NCBI GenBank assembly: GCA_963668675.2
Contig: CAXXMB010000002.1
Coordinates: forward strand, 2,368,001-2,432,000
DNA: 64,000 nucleotides
Direction of reading: 5' to 3'
DNA from: an uncultured Desulfatitalea sp.
GTDB lineage: Bacteria; Desulfobacterota; Desulfobacteria; Desulfobacterales; Desulfosarcinaceae
The notes beneath the pieces were generated by a model that did no database searches, was not told where the DNA came from, and saw nothing but the letters and a program-made list of their open reading frames with translations. Of this stretch, positions 41,718 through 52,503 are shown in pieces; the first letter of the stretch is position 1; every line of letters begins with the position of its first letter. Made by a program: the position numbers and the translations under genes.

Positions 41718-43175
41718 CTAATTTTGGGGCGGTTCCTGTGTTTCGTCAGTTTCCACCTGCTCCGGTTCACTCTGCTCGTCAGGTGGATCGGCTTCGCTGT
41801 CCGACGATTCGGTGTCTGCCTCCGTATCTGTCTCATTTGAGATAGGATCTGCGCTTGGATCAGAGCCTTGGTCAGAGCTTGGGGCCACCGCTTCAGGGGT
41901 TTCTTTTACCTCGGCTTCCTGCGCTGCCGCCTCTTCTGCTCTGTCGACGGCATCCTGTGCCTTGGCAATCAACTGTTTGGCTTTCTCTTCACCGATACCG
42001 CGTATTTGTACAAGATCGTCGATGTCGGCTTCGGACAGCTCTTCGGCTGAATAGAATCCTTTTTCAAACAACGCATCGGCCATGCTGACCCCGACACCGT
42101 CCACCTGGACAAGGGAGTCGTAGCCGTTTTGCATTGCCTGGTTGTATTGGGTCTCACTGTTGACGTCCAGGTGCCAGCCGGTCAATTTGGAGGCCAGGCG
42201 AACGTTTTGTCCGCGCTTGCCTATGGCCACCGAGAGAAATTCATCGGGCACGATCACTTCCATGGCGCGGTTTTCTTCGTCGATGATCACACGGGAAATT
42301 TCGGCCGGCGCCAGGGCGTTGCATACGAATTTGGCTGCATCGACATGCCAGGGAATGATATCGATTTTTTCGCCGCGCAGCTCCTGGACCACATTCTGGA
42401 CCCGGCTGCCCTTCATGCCCACGCAGGCGCCTACCGGATCGATATCCGAGTCCTGTGACGCAACGGCAATCTTGGCACGGCTGCCGGGCTCTCGTGCGGC
42501 ACCTTTGATGTCGACAATGCCTTCTGCGATTTCCGGCACTTCGGTCTTGAACAGAATGACCAGAAAATCCGGGTGGGTCCGGGTCAACACGATCTGGGGG
42601 CCTCTGGTTTCGTACAGCACATCGAGAATTAGCGCCCGGATGCGATCCCCCCGACGATAGCTTTCGCGGGGCACCTGCTCACGGACCGGAACTACGGCTT
42701 CAGTGGCGCCTAGATTCACGATGATATCGCCCCGATCAAAACGCTGGACGATGCCGTTGATGATTTCCCCTTTGCGATCGATGAAGTTGGCATAAACCGC
42801 ATCGCGTTCTGCATCCTTAAGTTTCTGGATGATCACCTGTTTGGCGGACTGGGCGGCGATGCGGCCAAAGGTAGTGGCATCCATCTTGGTTCCCAGGCTG
42901 TCACCAATTTCACAATCGGGATCGAGTCTGCGGCCCTCCGATAGCGTCAACTGTAAATCCGGCTCTTCGATCTCTTCGACGACCTCTTTGAATTGAAAGA
43001 CTTCGATTTCACCCGTCTCTTCGTTGAAGTTGGCTTCAATATCGATTTTGGCGCCATATTTTTTTCTTGCCGCGGACTGCAAGGCCTCCTCCAGTGCCTG
43101 GATCAGGATCTGTCGGTCAATGCCTTTGTCGCGGCTTACTTGTTCGACGACGCGTTTTATGTCTGCTATGAACAT
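41718..43175 (-). CDS. nusA: Transcription termination factor NusA
   Basis: [38 protein letters not shown]; HhH domain and acidic tail. Confidence 0.99.
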   Translation of the reverse strand: MFIADIKRVVEQVSRDKGIDRQILIQALEEALQSAARKKYGAKIDIEANFNEETGEIEVFQFKEVVEEIEEPDLQLTLSEGRRLDPDCEIGDSLGTKMDATTFGRIAAQSAKQVIIQKLKDAERDAVYANFIDRKGEIINGIVQRFDRGDIIVNLGATEAVVPVREQVPRESYRRGDRIRALILDVLYETRGPQIVLTRTHPDFLVILFKTEVPEIAEGIVDIKGAAREPGSRAKIAVASQDSDIDPVGACVGMKGSRVQNVVQELRGEKIDIIPWHVDAAKFVCNALAPAEISRVIIDEENRAMEVIVPDEFLSVAIGKRGQNVRLASKLTGWHLDVNSETQYNQAMQNGYDSLVQVDGVGVSMADALFEKGFYSAEELSEADIDDLVQIRGIGEEKAKQLIAKAQDAVDRAEEAAAQEAEVKETPEAVAPSSDQGSDPSADPISNETDTEADTESSDSEADPPDEQSEPEQVETDETQEPPQN

Positions 43176-43687
43176 GCGTTTTCTCCATTGTGTTGTATAA
43201 GATGCGCTCTGACGATATCGACGAACGCGATGCTCATGGTCCGGTCACCGACTCTGAGCCGAACGTCCGTTCCGTCAACACCTTCCAACGTGCCGGTGAA
43301 ATTTTTTTGTCCATCGACGGCCTTTGCGGTTTTCAATTTGGCCTTACCTCCTCGAAACCGTTGGAAATCATCACGTCTGCCCATGGGGCGAGGCACTCCC
43401 GGCGAGGAGACCTCCATTCGATACGACTCATCCATATCGAGGGCGACATCTAAGATATCACCCAGTTGACGGCTGATATGGGCGCAATCGTCGAGCGTGA
43501 TGCCGTGCGGTTTGTCTATGTAGATCCGCAGTGTCCGCCCGCTCGGTTCACGCTGGTACTCCACATGCACCAGTTCAACACCTTCGCTCAGGCACAACGG
43601 TTCCGCCGCCTGCCAGACGCGACCGATGATGGGATTGGCCGCCATTCCCACCACCTGGGGTATCTCTTCATTGCTTCCCGACGCCAT
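43166..43687 (-). CDS. rimP: Ribosome maturation factor RimP; start may be 43645
   Basis: LRIYIDK, GITLDDC, MEVSSPG; upstream of nusA. Confidence 0.95.
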   Translation of the reverse strand: MASGSNEEIPQVVGMAANPIIGRVWQAAEPLCLSEGVELVHVEYQREPSGRTLRIYIDKPHGITLDDCAHISRQLGDILDVALDMDESYRMEVSSPGVPRPMGRRDDFQRFRGGKAKLKTAKAVDGQKNFTGTLEGVDGTDVRLRVGDRTMSIAFVDIVRAHLIQHNGENACS

Positions 43688-43725
43688 CTGTTCTATCTGC
43701 CTCTCTTGGCCGTCCCCTCTTTGCG

Positions 43726-43754
43726 AAAAAACAAAAACGGGCTTGAAGCCCGTT
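43726..43754 (-). terminator. Terminator-like hairpin in rimP leader, also downstream of tRNA-Gly
   Basis: Minus strand aacgggct-tca-agcccgtt followed by tttgtttttt. Confidence 0.7.
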
Positions 43755-43895
43755 CCCCTGCAAAGTAGATCCTTACTGGTAAGGATACGCGTATCCGCTA
43801 TTTGGAACTGATCATCTGAATCATACGCTCAAAGCTGCACCTACTTTGTCTCTACTTTACCCAGTTCGGTTCAGATGAAATACCGGACTTTTTGG

Positions 43896-43971
43896 TGGAG
43901 CGGGCAACGAGATTCGAACTCGCGACACCAAGCTTGGGAAGCTTGTACTCTACCAACTGAGCTATGCCCGC
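43896..43971 (-). tRNA. tRNA-Gly (CCC)
   Basis: 76 nt gcgggcatagctcagttggtagagtacaagcttCCCaagcttggtgtcgcgagttcgaatctcgttgcccgctCCA; full cloverleaf, encoded CCA. Confidence 0.98.
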
Positions 43972-43984
43972 TTACCAGAAGCTC

Positions 43985-44013
43985 TATATAGGACACCCTT
44001 CCAGTGATGTCAA
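43985..44013 (-). promoter_or_regulatory. Sigma70-type promoter for tRNA-Gly / rimP operon
   Basis: TTGACA-N17-TATATA on minus strand, 13 nt upstream of the tRNA. Confidence 0.75.
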
Positions 44014-44107
44014 CCGGTTTCAAACGGTTCATTGACATTCAAGATAGCGACTGTTAAGGAATTTCCGGTATTCAGGCAATTCCCCCTTTTCATCTTCCGG
44101 AGCAAGC

Positions 44108-44665
44108 ATGAAATCAAAACCGATCTATTTCCAGGCAGTTGCTATCCCAGTAGGATTTATTATAATATTCAGTGTGTTGGCTTGCGTCCACAAACAAGCC
44201 AAAAGATGGTACAGTCAACCGGCCGAACAGACGATTACCCGGCAGAACGTGCGGGTCGATATCGGTCCCCTCAAACGAGACAATCCATATTATGTCAGTT
44301 TTCGCCTCTCCATAGCAAACAACACCGTAATGCCCATTGAGGTGGACTGGAATCAGACACGCTACCTGCATAAGGGCAACGATTTGGGTGTTTTTGTCTT
44401 CCAGGGCATCGATCCGAAAACGATCAAGGATGCCATCCCACCGGATACGATTGCTGCAGGAGAGACCTTTACGCGGGAGATTTTTCCGTTACGGACCATT
44501 GCCTTTTTGCCGCGTGACCAGACTCCAGGGGAAGGTCGCTTGGGATTCCTGCCGGGTATTCTGCCGGCGGGTGAAAACGGAGTTCTGCTCGTTCTCAGAC
44601 AAGGGAACCGTAAGATTCGGCAAACCCTGTCGGTGCGCCTGAGGGCTGAGACCATCTCAAAATAG
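44108..44665 (+). CDS. Hypothetical protein, probable lipoprotein
   Basis: Hydrophobic N-terminus ending VLAC; GGAG SD. Confidence 0.65.
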   Translation: MKSKPIYFQAVAIPVGFIIIFSVLACVHKQAKRWYSQPAEQTITRQNVRVDIGPLKRDNPYYVSFRLSIANNTVMPIEVDWNQTRYLHKGNDLGVFVFQGIDPKTIKDAIPPDTIAAGETFTREIFPLRTIAFLPRDQTPGEGRLGFLPGILPAGENGVLLVLRQGNRKIRQTLSVRLRAETISK

Positions 44666-44679
44666 GTTCGTAGGATCTT

Positions 44680-45393
44680 TCATCGCCTCTTGCTGGTCTC
44701 GTTGGCGATATAGATGCCGACCAGTCTGGCCACAATGACCGCCAGGTATAGTTGGCCAACAATAGCTTCAAGCACGGCCAGGGAGCGCGCCTCCTGCGTT
44801 ATCGGAGCGATGTCGCCGTATCCCAGGGTTGTGAGGGTTACCAAGCTGAAATAGACAAGCGTATAGGGCTCCACCACAACTTCCGAGAAGGCGTTGGCCT
44901 GGAAGGCATGGATGATGCCATAAACAAACGACCAGAGGATGCCCAATAGCAGATAGGCGCTTGCAGAAGCGAAGACCAGATGGCTGGTGATCTCATTGGC
45001 TTTCATGAAAAGTCCGACAATCAGGATAACCGTGTATCCGACAAACAGAATGCCGAACACCAATCCGATCGGATGGATGCCCGCTTGGCCTTTCCCGTAG
45101 GAGTACCACATAAAGAAAAGCATCGGTGCCGCCAGAAGTGTGGCCAGAATCGTTTGGCGGCGGTTGTCGCTGGCGGCAATGACTCCGGCCAAAAGGACGG
45201 TGGTAAAGGAGAGGTCGTATACCAGCCTAAAGGGCAGCACATGACGCAGCAGGGGTGAAAAGCCGATAAAGAGAAGCAGGAAGGTGAGCAGAAAGAAGAA
45301 TTTTCCTTCGGCGATGGCTTTCCACCAAGATAAGAAGGGGTGTCTGATCATTAAGGTCGCGTCCTGTGTCGACGTTTGAAACGACAGAGGCAT
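44680..45393 (-). CDS. Potassium channel family protein (ion_trans_2); start may be 45351
   Basis: YFSLVTLTTLGYGDIAP selectivity filter, EAIVGQLY. Confidence 0.9.
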   Translation of the reverse strand: MPLSFQTSTQDATLMIRHPFLSWWKAIAEGKFFFLLTFLLLFIGFSPLLRHVLPFRLVYDLSFTTVLLAGVIAASDNRRQTILATLLAAPMLFFMWYSYGKGQAGIHPIGLVFGILFVGYTVILIVGLFMKANEITSHLVFASASAYLLLGILWSFVYGIIHAFQANAFSEVVVEPYTLVYFSLVTLTTLGYGDIAPITQEARSLAVLEAIVGQLYLAVIVARLVGIYIANETSKRR

Positions 45394-45582
45394 TTGATAG
45401 TGCGAGCAGGTTTGGTGATTGCCGTGGTGTTGATTCAGCCATTAGCATAAGGAGATGCTCTTTTCAATACGGTGTCGGTCGGAGCATGCGTTCCGGGGCT
45501 TGATGTTCACACAGATGGACTGATTCGGTACCCACTCATATCCCATACGTTATCGAACCAAAAAGAATCAGGGGGCGTATAT

Positions 45583-46431
45583 ATGAATGAGGTAACGCAG
45601 CAGAAATGGGAACGATTGGGTTATATCCTCAGCAATTACGGATGGGATCTTATCCTGGGGTTGATTGTACTGGTGGGCGGGCTGGTTGTGGCCCGGCTGC
45701 TCAGCCGTCTGTTGAAAAGCGGTTTGACGAGGCTTCCCATCAAGCCAGCCTGGTCCGCTACTGTTCATCAGACCGTCACCGTTTTGTTGTATGTTGTCGT
45801 CCTGGGCATCACTGCCGACCTGATCGGGCTCAAAAGTGCCAACCTAATCAAACTTTTTATCGCTGTGGCCCTGGCTGCTGCTGCGGTCATCTTCATGTTT
45901 CGGCCCTATCTTCCCAGTCTGCCGTTCAAGGCGGGCAATACCATCAAAACGGGCAGCCTCTTGGGCAAGGTGGAGGGCACGACCTTTCTCAATACGCGTA
46001 TGCGCACTTTTGACGGCAAGACGGTCTGGATACCCAACCGGCTGATCCTCAACGACTATCTGATCAACTATCACTACACACCGACGCGCAAGATCCACCT
46101 GGACGTCCGCATTCGTTACGATCAGGATCTGATGCAGGCCAAGCAGGTGCTCGAGGCGTTGATGATCGAAGACGCCCGGGTGAGAAAGACGCCCCGCCCG
46201 GTCGTGTTTGTGACCCAGCTTCTGCCAGACTGTGTCGTGCTGGGAGGGCGCTGTTGGGTGGAGAACCTTCTCTACTGGCGAGCGCGCTGCGATTTGCTCG
46301 AAAAGATTAAATTGCGTTTTGATACCGAAGGTATTGCCTTTGCCCTCCCACAACGTGATGTCAATATACGGTATTATGGAGAGGAAGATGGGTTTGAGAT
46401 GGACGAGGCCGGGCTTGATGACGCTGAATGA
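45583..46431 (+). CDS. MscS-family mechanosensitive channel
   Basis: TM N-terminus, PFKAG, TFDGKTVWIPN, INY, GIAFALPQRDV. Confidence 0.88.
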   Translation: MNEVTQQKWERLGYILSNYGWDLILGLIVLVGGLVVARLLSRLLKSGLTRLPIKPAWSATVHQTVTVLLYVVVLGITADLIGLKSANLIKLFIAVALAAAAVIFMFRPYLPSLPFKAGNTIKTGSLLGKVEGTTFLNTRMRTFDGKTVWIPNRLILNDYLINYHYTPTRKIHLDVRIRYDQDLMQAKQVLEALMIEDARVRKTPRPVVFVTQLLPDCVVLGGRCWVENLLYWRARCDLLEKIKLRFDTEGIAFALPQRDVNIRYYGEEDGFEMDEAGLDDAE

Positions 46432-46534
46432 AGATGCCCGGTAGTGATGACGGTCGAAAAGAGGGGCGTGGATATCACACCCTGAAATAGAGACAGCAGA
46501 CCATTCAGATGCCCAATTTTTGGAGATAGATGCC

Positions 46535-46852
46535 ATGAAGGTAAGCGAGCTTTTAAAGACGGTCGATCAGGGATGGGTGAAAAAGCCCAAAGGGTTCAGG
46601 GTTCATTTCCAGAAGCTGACCGAGACGGGGATGGTTACCGATTGCGTTCCGGGTGAAGGGGAGTCGGCGTTCGATTCGGATGTGGTGGCGTGGCGTTCGG
46701 CCTGGAAACTCTACCAGGTCGCCCAGTCCGACCATCCCGAATGTGGTAATGGGAAACTGGTCAATATTTTCGTGGTGGATGATGAGGGTAACCCTGTGAG
46801 ATACTATGCCACCAATCAGTTCGACGTCTTTAACCCCAAAACAGAAGAGTAG
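46535..46852 (+). CDS. Hypothetical protein
   Basis: 105-aa ORF with protein-like composition, 8 nt before the next gene. Confidence 0.6.
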   Translation: MKVSELLKTVDQGWVKKPKGFRVHFQKLTETGMVTDCVPGEGESAFDSDVVAWRSAWKLYQVAQSDHPECGNGKLVNIFVVDDEGNPVRYYATNQFDVFNPKTEE

Positions 46853-46860
46853 AGGCGCCG

Positions 46861-47703
46861 ATGGCGACATCTGTAAAGGGACGCCACAAGTGTATCATCA
46901 TGCCGTTTCAGGAGCTGTCCGGCAGTGGTGCCGGTCTGGCCCTGCACTTCCTGATCGGCAATGTGATTGCGGTTCACACCGGATTCGCCGAGTGCTGGTT
47001 CGGTTGGCGCGTGGGTAAGATTTTTGCGTCACCCGCTGCACTGCAAGATTTCGTTTGTCTACAAGGAGCAGCGGTGGATCGGCGGCAGATCAGCATCGAG
47101 CAGAAGATACGTTGCTGGGTTTATGGGAAGATGGATGGTGAGGCTGTGTCGATGTCCCTGTTCGACGATCTGCGGGAGGATGAACCCGGCGGCGTTATCG
47201 CCTTTACGACAGATGACCATCTGGTCTCTTTCCGTAGCCGATTTCTGGATTGGCTTGAGGGGTGTGGGCTTCCCATGGACGATGAGCGCAAGGAGATGGC
47301 GCTGTGGCCCGAAAAGGCCTCTTTGAAGGGCCTGCAGAAAATCGGGCAGGCACTGGAACGCTTTTATATCTACTCCGCATATGGTGGTAAGAGGGAGATC
47401 GATGTGGTGCCTTTCGAGGAAGCTGTTGCGCTGGCACCCGAGTCATTCATGGCAAACAACCTGCTGGGGTGGGCCCGATACCGCAATCAATCGGCTGATC
47501 CTGCCAAAGCTGTTTTTTTAAAGGCACTGGATCTCAATCCGGATGCGGTAGGCCCCATGGCCGGGATGATGTGGTGTGCTGTGTTGGAGAAGAACGAGGC
47601 GGAGGCGGTTCGTTGGGCCACCCAAAAGGCGGCTAAACGGGAAGAAGACGTTGAGGCGGCGGAGGCAAAGGCGCGTAAGTATTTTGAAGTGAAGGGTGAG
47701 TAG
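46861..47703 (+). CDS. Hypothetical protein with C-terminal TPR-like repeats
   Basis: FEEAVALAPESF..LGW, FLKALDLNPD; GAGG SD. Confidence 0.7.
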   Translation: MATSVKGRHKCIIMPFQELSGSGAGLALHFLIGNVIAVHTGFAECWFGWRVGKIFASPAALQDFVCLQGAAVDRRQISIEQKIRCWVYGKMDGEAVSMSLFDDLREDEPGGVIAFTTDDHLVSFRSRFLDWLEGCGLPMDDERKEMALWPEKASLKGLQKIGQALERFYIYSAYGGKREIDVVPFEEAVALAPESFMANNLLGWARYRNQSADPAKAVFLKALDLNPDAVGPMAGMMWCAVLEKNEAEAVRWATQKAAKREEDVEAAEAKARKYFEVKGE

Positions 47704-47710
47704 GGGCGCC

Positions 47711-47890
47711 GGCGAGGCAGTCAGGGCCTACCCAATGCGACGCTTAATGGCTTAACTGCCGCTAAGATGCACTCCGGGCGGTCCGCAAACTCGCTGCGCT
47801 CAGACAGTGCCGACCGCTATTCCTCCGCTGCATCTAAGCGGCAGTAAAACCATACGCTGAAGGCATTGGGTAGGCCCTGACTGCCTCGCC
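47711..47890. repeat. 180-nt nested palindromic element, copy B
   Basis: Perfect 28-bp terminal IR ggcgaggcagtcagggcctacccaatgc; inverted homolog of 30645-30824. Confidence 0.9.
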
Positions 47891-47973
47891 TCCATTGGTT
47901 ATTTCAATAAATATTGGTTGTTGCTGTTCCAAAAGAGAGAGCGAAACAGTGTTCATTTCTGAAGAATGACTTC

Positions 47974-48321
47974 CTACTCAAGCATCTCTCTAATTTGTTT
48001 CAATTCGTCGTAGATTTCCTGGATGGTCGTCTTTTCGCTGAGGAGTTTTTCGTCGGCCTGGCCTTTTCTCAGATGCTGACGTGCGCCTTTTATGGTGAAT
48101 TTGCGGTCGTAGAGAAGGTGCTTGATCGACAGGATCAGCTCGACGTCTCTTCGACGGTATAGCCTCTGGCCGGCTTCGGTGCGGTTGGGTTTGATGCGTG
48201 GAAATTCGTTTTCCCAGAAGCGCAGGACGCTTTGGGGGACCTGGGCGATGCGGCTCACTTCTCCGATGCGGTAGAAAAGTTTGTCCGGAATGTCTGGCGG
48301 ATGCCTGGTTGGCTTTGCCAT
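47974..48321 (-). CDS. MerR-family transcriptional regulator (pheT-linked type)
   Basis: IPDKLFYRIGEVS, VLRFWENEF, GQRLYRRRD, FTIKGAR. Confidence 0.92.
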   Translation of the reverse strand: MAKPTRHPPDIPDKLFYRIGEVSRIAQVPQSVLRFWENEFPRIKPNRTEAGQRLYRRRDVELILSIKHLLYDRKFTIKGARQHLRKGQADEKLLSEKTTIQEIYDELKQIREMLE

Positions 48322-48406
48322 TGGCGTTTTCTTCCACCTTTGAAGCGTCTTCACGCTTCGATCCGAGAACGGTTTAGATGTGACGCAACCGTATTGCCGA
48401 GAGGGC

Positions 48407-50821
48407 CTATGTCGGCAAACCGGCTTTAAAATGGTCTACCAGTCGCCCCGTGATGCCTTTATGCAGGCTGTTAACGACTTCGTCTTCCAGGGTCTGGTCT
48501 GCTGATCGATAGATGATGCGCAGGGATACGCTCTTGTGTCCCTCCGTAATGGGGGCGCCTTGGAATACATCGAAGAGACGCACCTCTTCGACCAGTGTTT
48601 CGTTCAACTGCTCGACCATGGTGAGCAGTTCGGTGGCCTCCAGCGTTTCGTCAACGATCAAGGTGGCATCGCGCGCGGTGGCCGGATATTTGGGCAGCGG
48701 TTGGAATTGAACGGCTTCGGGGATGTGGGGGAGGAGAAGCTCCGTATCCATTTCGAAGATGAAGGCCTCCTGCTTCAGGTCGTATGTCGCACTCACTTTT
48801 GGGTTCAACTGGCCGATGATGCCCACCTCGGTGTCGTTTACCACGATTTTGGCCGTAGCACCCGGTTGGGTATAGGCGCATCTGCCCGCTTCAAGTCTTG
48901 TGAATCGGGCGGCCTCGATCTGCAATCCGGCCAGCAATCCTTCTACGACTCCCTTGAGGTCGTAGAAGTCGCAAGGTTCGGATTTGGTTTGCCACAGGTG
49001 GTCGGCGCGGTCCCCTGTCCATAAGCCGGCTACCATATCGCGCTCTTCGGGCTGTTGGTCGCTACCCCTGCCGATGAAGATCTTTCCGGCCTCATACATT
49101 TTGAGATTTCGGGATTGATGGGCCAGATTGCGCTGCATACTCTCCAGCAGTCCGGGGATCAGACTGGTTCGCATGACGGTTTGATCTTCGCTCAATGGGT
49201 TGAGGATGGCCAGTTGGCGACAGCGTGTGTCTTCTTCCGGCAGCCGCAGGCGGCGGCACGAATCGGCATGCACAAAGCTGTAGTTGATCGTTTCGGCAAA
49301 GCCCATTCCGGTCAGCAGGTCGCGCATTCTCTGACGCTGGGTCAGCAGTTTAGGCGGCGGCTGGATGGCTGCCGGCAGGGCCGGGAAGGTGACCGGAATG
49401 TTGTCGTATCCCAGGCGCCGGGCCACCTCCTCCATGAGGTCTTGGGGCCGGCTGACATCCACACGGAAGCTCGGTGTCTCGACGGTCAGCAGGTCGTCGC
49501 TTTTGGTCGTCACCTGAAATTCGATCTCCGTCAGCAGTCGCGCCATTTCTGATTGGTCGACGGCAGTTCCCAGGAGACGGTTGGTGGCCGCCACACTCAA
49601 ATCGAGCGTAGGGGGCTGGGGCAGATCGCAGACGACGTCAACACAACCCGCCACCATCTCACCGTTGCCGAGCTCGGCCACCAATTGGGTGGCTCGGTCC
49701 AGGGCATAGCGCGTACCGTGGGGATCCACGCCCCTTTCGAAGCGGTGGGAAGCGTCCGAGCTGATCCCAAGCCGCTTGGCTGTTTTCCGAATGCTGGTGG
49801 GATTGAAGTAGGCGCTCTCGATGAGGACGCGGGTGGTCTCCGGCTCGATTTCGGAATTGAGGCCGCCCATGACACCGCCGACGGCGACCGGCTTTTCACC
49901 GTCGCAGATCATCAGCATGTCCGCTTCGAGGTTGCGCTCTTTCCCGTCCAGGGTGGTGAACGGCTCCCCGGCGCTGGCGGTACGCACCACAATGCGTTGT
50001 CCGGCCAGCCGGTCGAAATCAAAAGCGTGCAGTGGTTGACCGGTCTCCATCATCACAAAGTTGGTGATGTCCACGATGTTGTTGATGGGCCGCAATCCCA
50101 CCGACAGGAGGCGGTCCTGCAGCCAGAACGGTGAGGGCCCCACCTCGATGCCTTCGATGATGCGGGCCGCATAGCGTGGGCAGTGGTCCGGAGATTCGAT
50201 GGTGACTGAGGTTATCTCTTCTACCCGACCGTGTGCCTTGGGGAGTTCTATCTCAGGCCGTTTGATTGCAGTGCCGCTGAAGGCAGCTACTTCACGGGCG
50301 ACGCCGATCACGCTCAGGCAATCGGGACGGTTGGGGGTCAATCCAATTTCAAAAACGGCGTCCGTCAGGTCCAATGCTTTGTTCAGCGGTGTGCCGGGGG
50401 TCAGGCTGCCGTCCAGCACCATCAGGCCCGAGCCATCGCTTCCCATGGCGAGTTCCACCTCGCTGCAGAGCATTCCTTCCGAGCACTCTCCCCGGATCGT
50501 GCCTTTTTCGATCACCATGCCGTTGGGCAGTTCACAGCCAACAACGGCCAGCGGCGCCAGCAGGCCCTCGCAGGCGTTAGGGGCGCCACAGACCACCTGG
50601 TGGGTCTGATCACCAGTATCGACTTTGCAGAGCTTGAGTTTGTCAGCATTGGGGTGTGGCGCCACCGCTACGATTTTTGCAACCCGCACCCTGTCCAGAT
50701 AGTCGAAGCGGTCTTCCACCGATTCGACCTCCAGCCCGGCCATGGTGAGCAGGTGTGCCAAACGGTCGACGTCCATCTCAATCGGAACATACGTTTGCAG
50801 CCAGCTTAAACTTATTTTCAT
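48407..50821 (-). CDS. pheT: Phenylalanine-tRNA ligase beta subunit
   Basis: MKISLSWL, HPNADKL, LTPNRPD, GQPLHAFD, RFERG, DLMEEVAR, C-terminal FDX-ACB. Confidence 0.99.
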   Translation of the reverse strand: MKISLSWLQTYVPIEMDVDRLAHLLTMAGLEVESVEDRFDYLDRVRVAKIVAVAPHPNADKLKLCKVDTGDQTHQVVCGAPNACEGLLAPLAVVGCELPNGMVIEKGTIRGECSEGMLCSEVELAMGSDGSGLMVLDGSLTPGTPLNKALDLTDAVFEIGLTPNRPDCLSVIGVAREVAAFSGTAIKRPEIELPKAHGRVEEITSVTIESPDHCPRYAARIIEGIEVGPSPFWLQDRLLSVGLRPINNIVDITNFVMMETGQPLHAFDFDRLAGQRIVVRTASAGEPFTTLDGKERNLEADMLMICDGEKPVAVGGVMGGLNSEIEPETTRVLIESAYFNPTSIRKTAKRLGISSDASHRFERGVDPHGTRYALDRATQLVAELGNGEMVAGCVDVVCDLPQPPTLDLSVAATNRLLGTAVDQSEMARLLTEIEFQVTTKSDDLLTVETPSFRVDVSRPQDLMEEVARRLGYDNIPVTFPALPAAIQPPPKLLTQRQRMRDLLTGMGFAETINYSFVHADSCRRLRLPEEDTRCRQLAILNPLSEDQTVMRTSLIPGLLESMQRNLAHQSRNLKMYEAGKIFIGRGSDQQPEERDMVAGLWTGDRADHLWQTKSEPCDFYDLKGVVEGLLAGLQIEAARFTRLEAGRCAYTQPGATAKIVVNDTEVGIIGQLNPKVSATYDLKQEAFIFEMDTELLLPHIPEAVQFQPLPKYPATARDATLIVDETLEATELLTMVEQLNETLVEEVRLFDVFQGAPITEGHKSVSLRIIYRSADQTLEDEVVNSLHKGITGRLVDHFKAGLPT

Positions 50822-50847
50822 CGCCTACCTATCAATTCACACGCGCT

Positions 50848-51852
50848 CTAAAATTGCTTCAGGAACCGGATGTCGTTTTCAAAATATCTGCGAATGTCGT
50901 CGATGCCGTACTTGAGCATGGCGATGCGCTCGACGCCCATGCCAAAGGCGAACCCTGTATACCGGTCTGTGTCGTAACCGACATTTTCCAGCACCGCCGG
51001 ATGGACCATGCCCGAGCCGAGAATTTCGAGCCATCCGGTGTGCGAGCAGACCCGGCAACCCTTGCCGCGGCAGATCACACAGAGGATGTCCACTTCTGCG
51101 CTCGGTTCGGTAAAGGGAAAGAAGCTCGGTCGAAAGCGCACCTTGATCTGGGCGTCGAACATCTGGTGAACGAAACTGGTCAGGGTGCCCTTCAGATCGC
51201 CGAAGGAGATATTGTCGTCCACCAACAGTCCTTCGACCTGGTGGAACATGGGAGTGTGGGTCAGGTCCGAGTCGCAGCGATACACTTTTCCGGGAGCGAT
51301 AATGCGTACCGGCGGCTCTCTCTTCTCCATCACCCTCGGCTGGGTGGGGGAGGTGTGGGTGCGCAGGACGATATCGTCGGATACGTAGAAAGTGTCCTGC
51401 ATGTCCCTGGCCGGATGGTCCTTGGGGATGTTCAACGCCTCGAAGTTGTAGTAGTCGCTCTCCACCTCCGGGCCTTCGACCACCTCGAACCCCATGCGGG
51501 AAAAGATGTCGCAGATCTGATTGTTGATCCGGGTGATGGGATGCAGTGATCCGGGCGTGGCGTTGCGACCGGGCAGGGAGACATCGATGCCCGCCCCTTG
51601 ACCGGCACCGACGGCCTCAATGTGTGCCAGCGCCTCGGTGCAGGCAGCTTCGATGGCCTGCTTGATCTGGTTGGCGCGCTTGCCGGCGGCCGGGCGTTCT
51701 TCGACGGGCAACTGGGCGATGGCACGCAGCGACTGGGTCATCAATCCTTTGCGCCCGAGGTACTTTGTGTTGGCTTCCTGCACAGCTTCAGGGGTGGTGG
51801 CTGTCTCAATCTCTTTCAGCGCTGCGGTGCAGATCTGATCGATGCTCTCCAC
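50848..51852 (-). CDS. pheS: Phenylalanine-tRNA ligase alpha subunit
   Basis: [44 protein letters not shown]. Confidence 0.99.
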   Translation of the reverse strand: MESIDQICTAALKEIETATTPEAVQEANTKYLGRKGLMTQSLRAIAQLPVEERPAAGKRANQIKQAIEAACTEALAHIEAVGAGQGAGIDVSLPGRNATPGSLHPITRINNQICDIFSRMGFEVVEGPEVESDYYNFEALNIPKDHPARDMQDTFYVSDDIVLRTHTSPTQPRVMEKREPPVRIIAPGKVYRCDSDLTHTPMFHQVEGLLVDDNISFGDLKGTLTSFVHQMFDAQIKVRFRPSFFPFTEPSAEVDILCVICRGKGCRVCSHTGWLEILGSGMVHPAVLENVGYDTDRYTGFAFGMGVERIAMLKYGIDDIRRYFENDIRFLKQF

Positions 51853-51885
51853 GGTCGTCTCTTTTTCGATGGTTGCGAATATGAC

Positions 51886-51915
51886 CTGCGGCCGTCGTTT
51901 GAATGACGGCCGCAG
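51886..51915. other. 11-bp hairpin between rplT and pheS
   Basis: ctgcggccgtc-N8-gacggccgcag; no clear U-tract. Confidence 0.5.
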
Positions 51916-51946
51916 TATGGATGGTTTTCCCGAAAAGGAAAATCGA

Positions 51947-52294
51947 CTATTGCTGCGAGGCCAACGCTGCGATTTTAGAGAAACCGGTGGGATCGGACAG
52001 GGCCAGCTCAGCCAGAACCTTGCGATCCAGGGTGATGTCGGCCTTTTTCAATCCACTGATGAACTTGCTGTAAGAAAGATCGTTCATCCGTGCCGCCGCA
52101 TTGATGCGTGCGATCCATAGTCGCCTGAAGTCACGTTTTCGCTGGCGGCGATCGCGGTAGGCGTAGTTCAGCGCTTTGTCCACTGAATCGGCGGCTGTGC
52201 GAAAAAGCTTGCCGCGGCCGCCACGGAAACCCTTGGCCAGCTTCAACACCTTTCTGCGGCGTTGCCGGGCCTTATATCCTCTTTTGATACGCAT
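51947..52294 (-). CDS. rplT: 50S ribosomal protein L20
   Basis: [34 protein letters not shown]. Confidence 0.99.
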   Translation of the reverse strand: MRIKRGYKARQRRRKVLKLAKGFRGGRGKLFRTAADSVDKALNYAYRDRRQRKRDFRRLWIARINAAARMNDLSYSKFISGLKKADITLDRKVLAELALSDPTGFSKIAALASQQ

Positions 52295-52305
52295 GGTGTC
52301 TCTCC

Positions 52306-52503
52306 TTATCCGTTGGGCAGCAGCCGGCGTATCTCTTTCATGTCGCTGGCTTTGATCAATTGTGGCTGCCGCAGCCCCCGTTTACGTTTGGGGCTCTTTT
52401 TTGTCAGAATGTGGCTGGCATGTGATTTGGAAAATGCGTACTTTCCACTTCCGGTTTTGCGAAACCGTTTGGCAGCCGCTCGATTGGTTTTGATTTTAGG
52501 CAT
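52306..52503 (-). CDS. rpmI: 50S ribosomal protein L35
   Basis: [20 protein letters not shown]. Confidence 0.99.
   Translation of the reverse strand: MPKIKTNRAAAKRFRKTGSGKYAFSKSHASHILTKKSPKRKRGLRQPQLIKASDMKEIRRLLPNG

Noticed and set aside
43896..43971. Prophage or island integrated at tRNA-Gly
   Set aside because: rimP follows the tRNA 3' end directly; no integrase or duplicated tRNA 3' end seen.
51853..51946. pheM-type leader peptide attenuator
   Set aside because: No start codon followed by Phe-rich codons on the minus strand.
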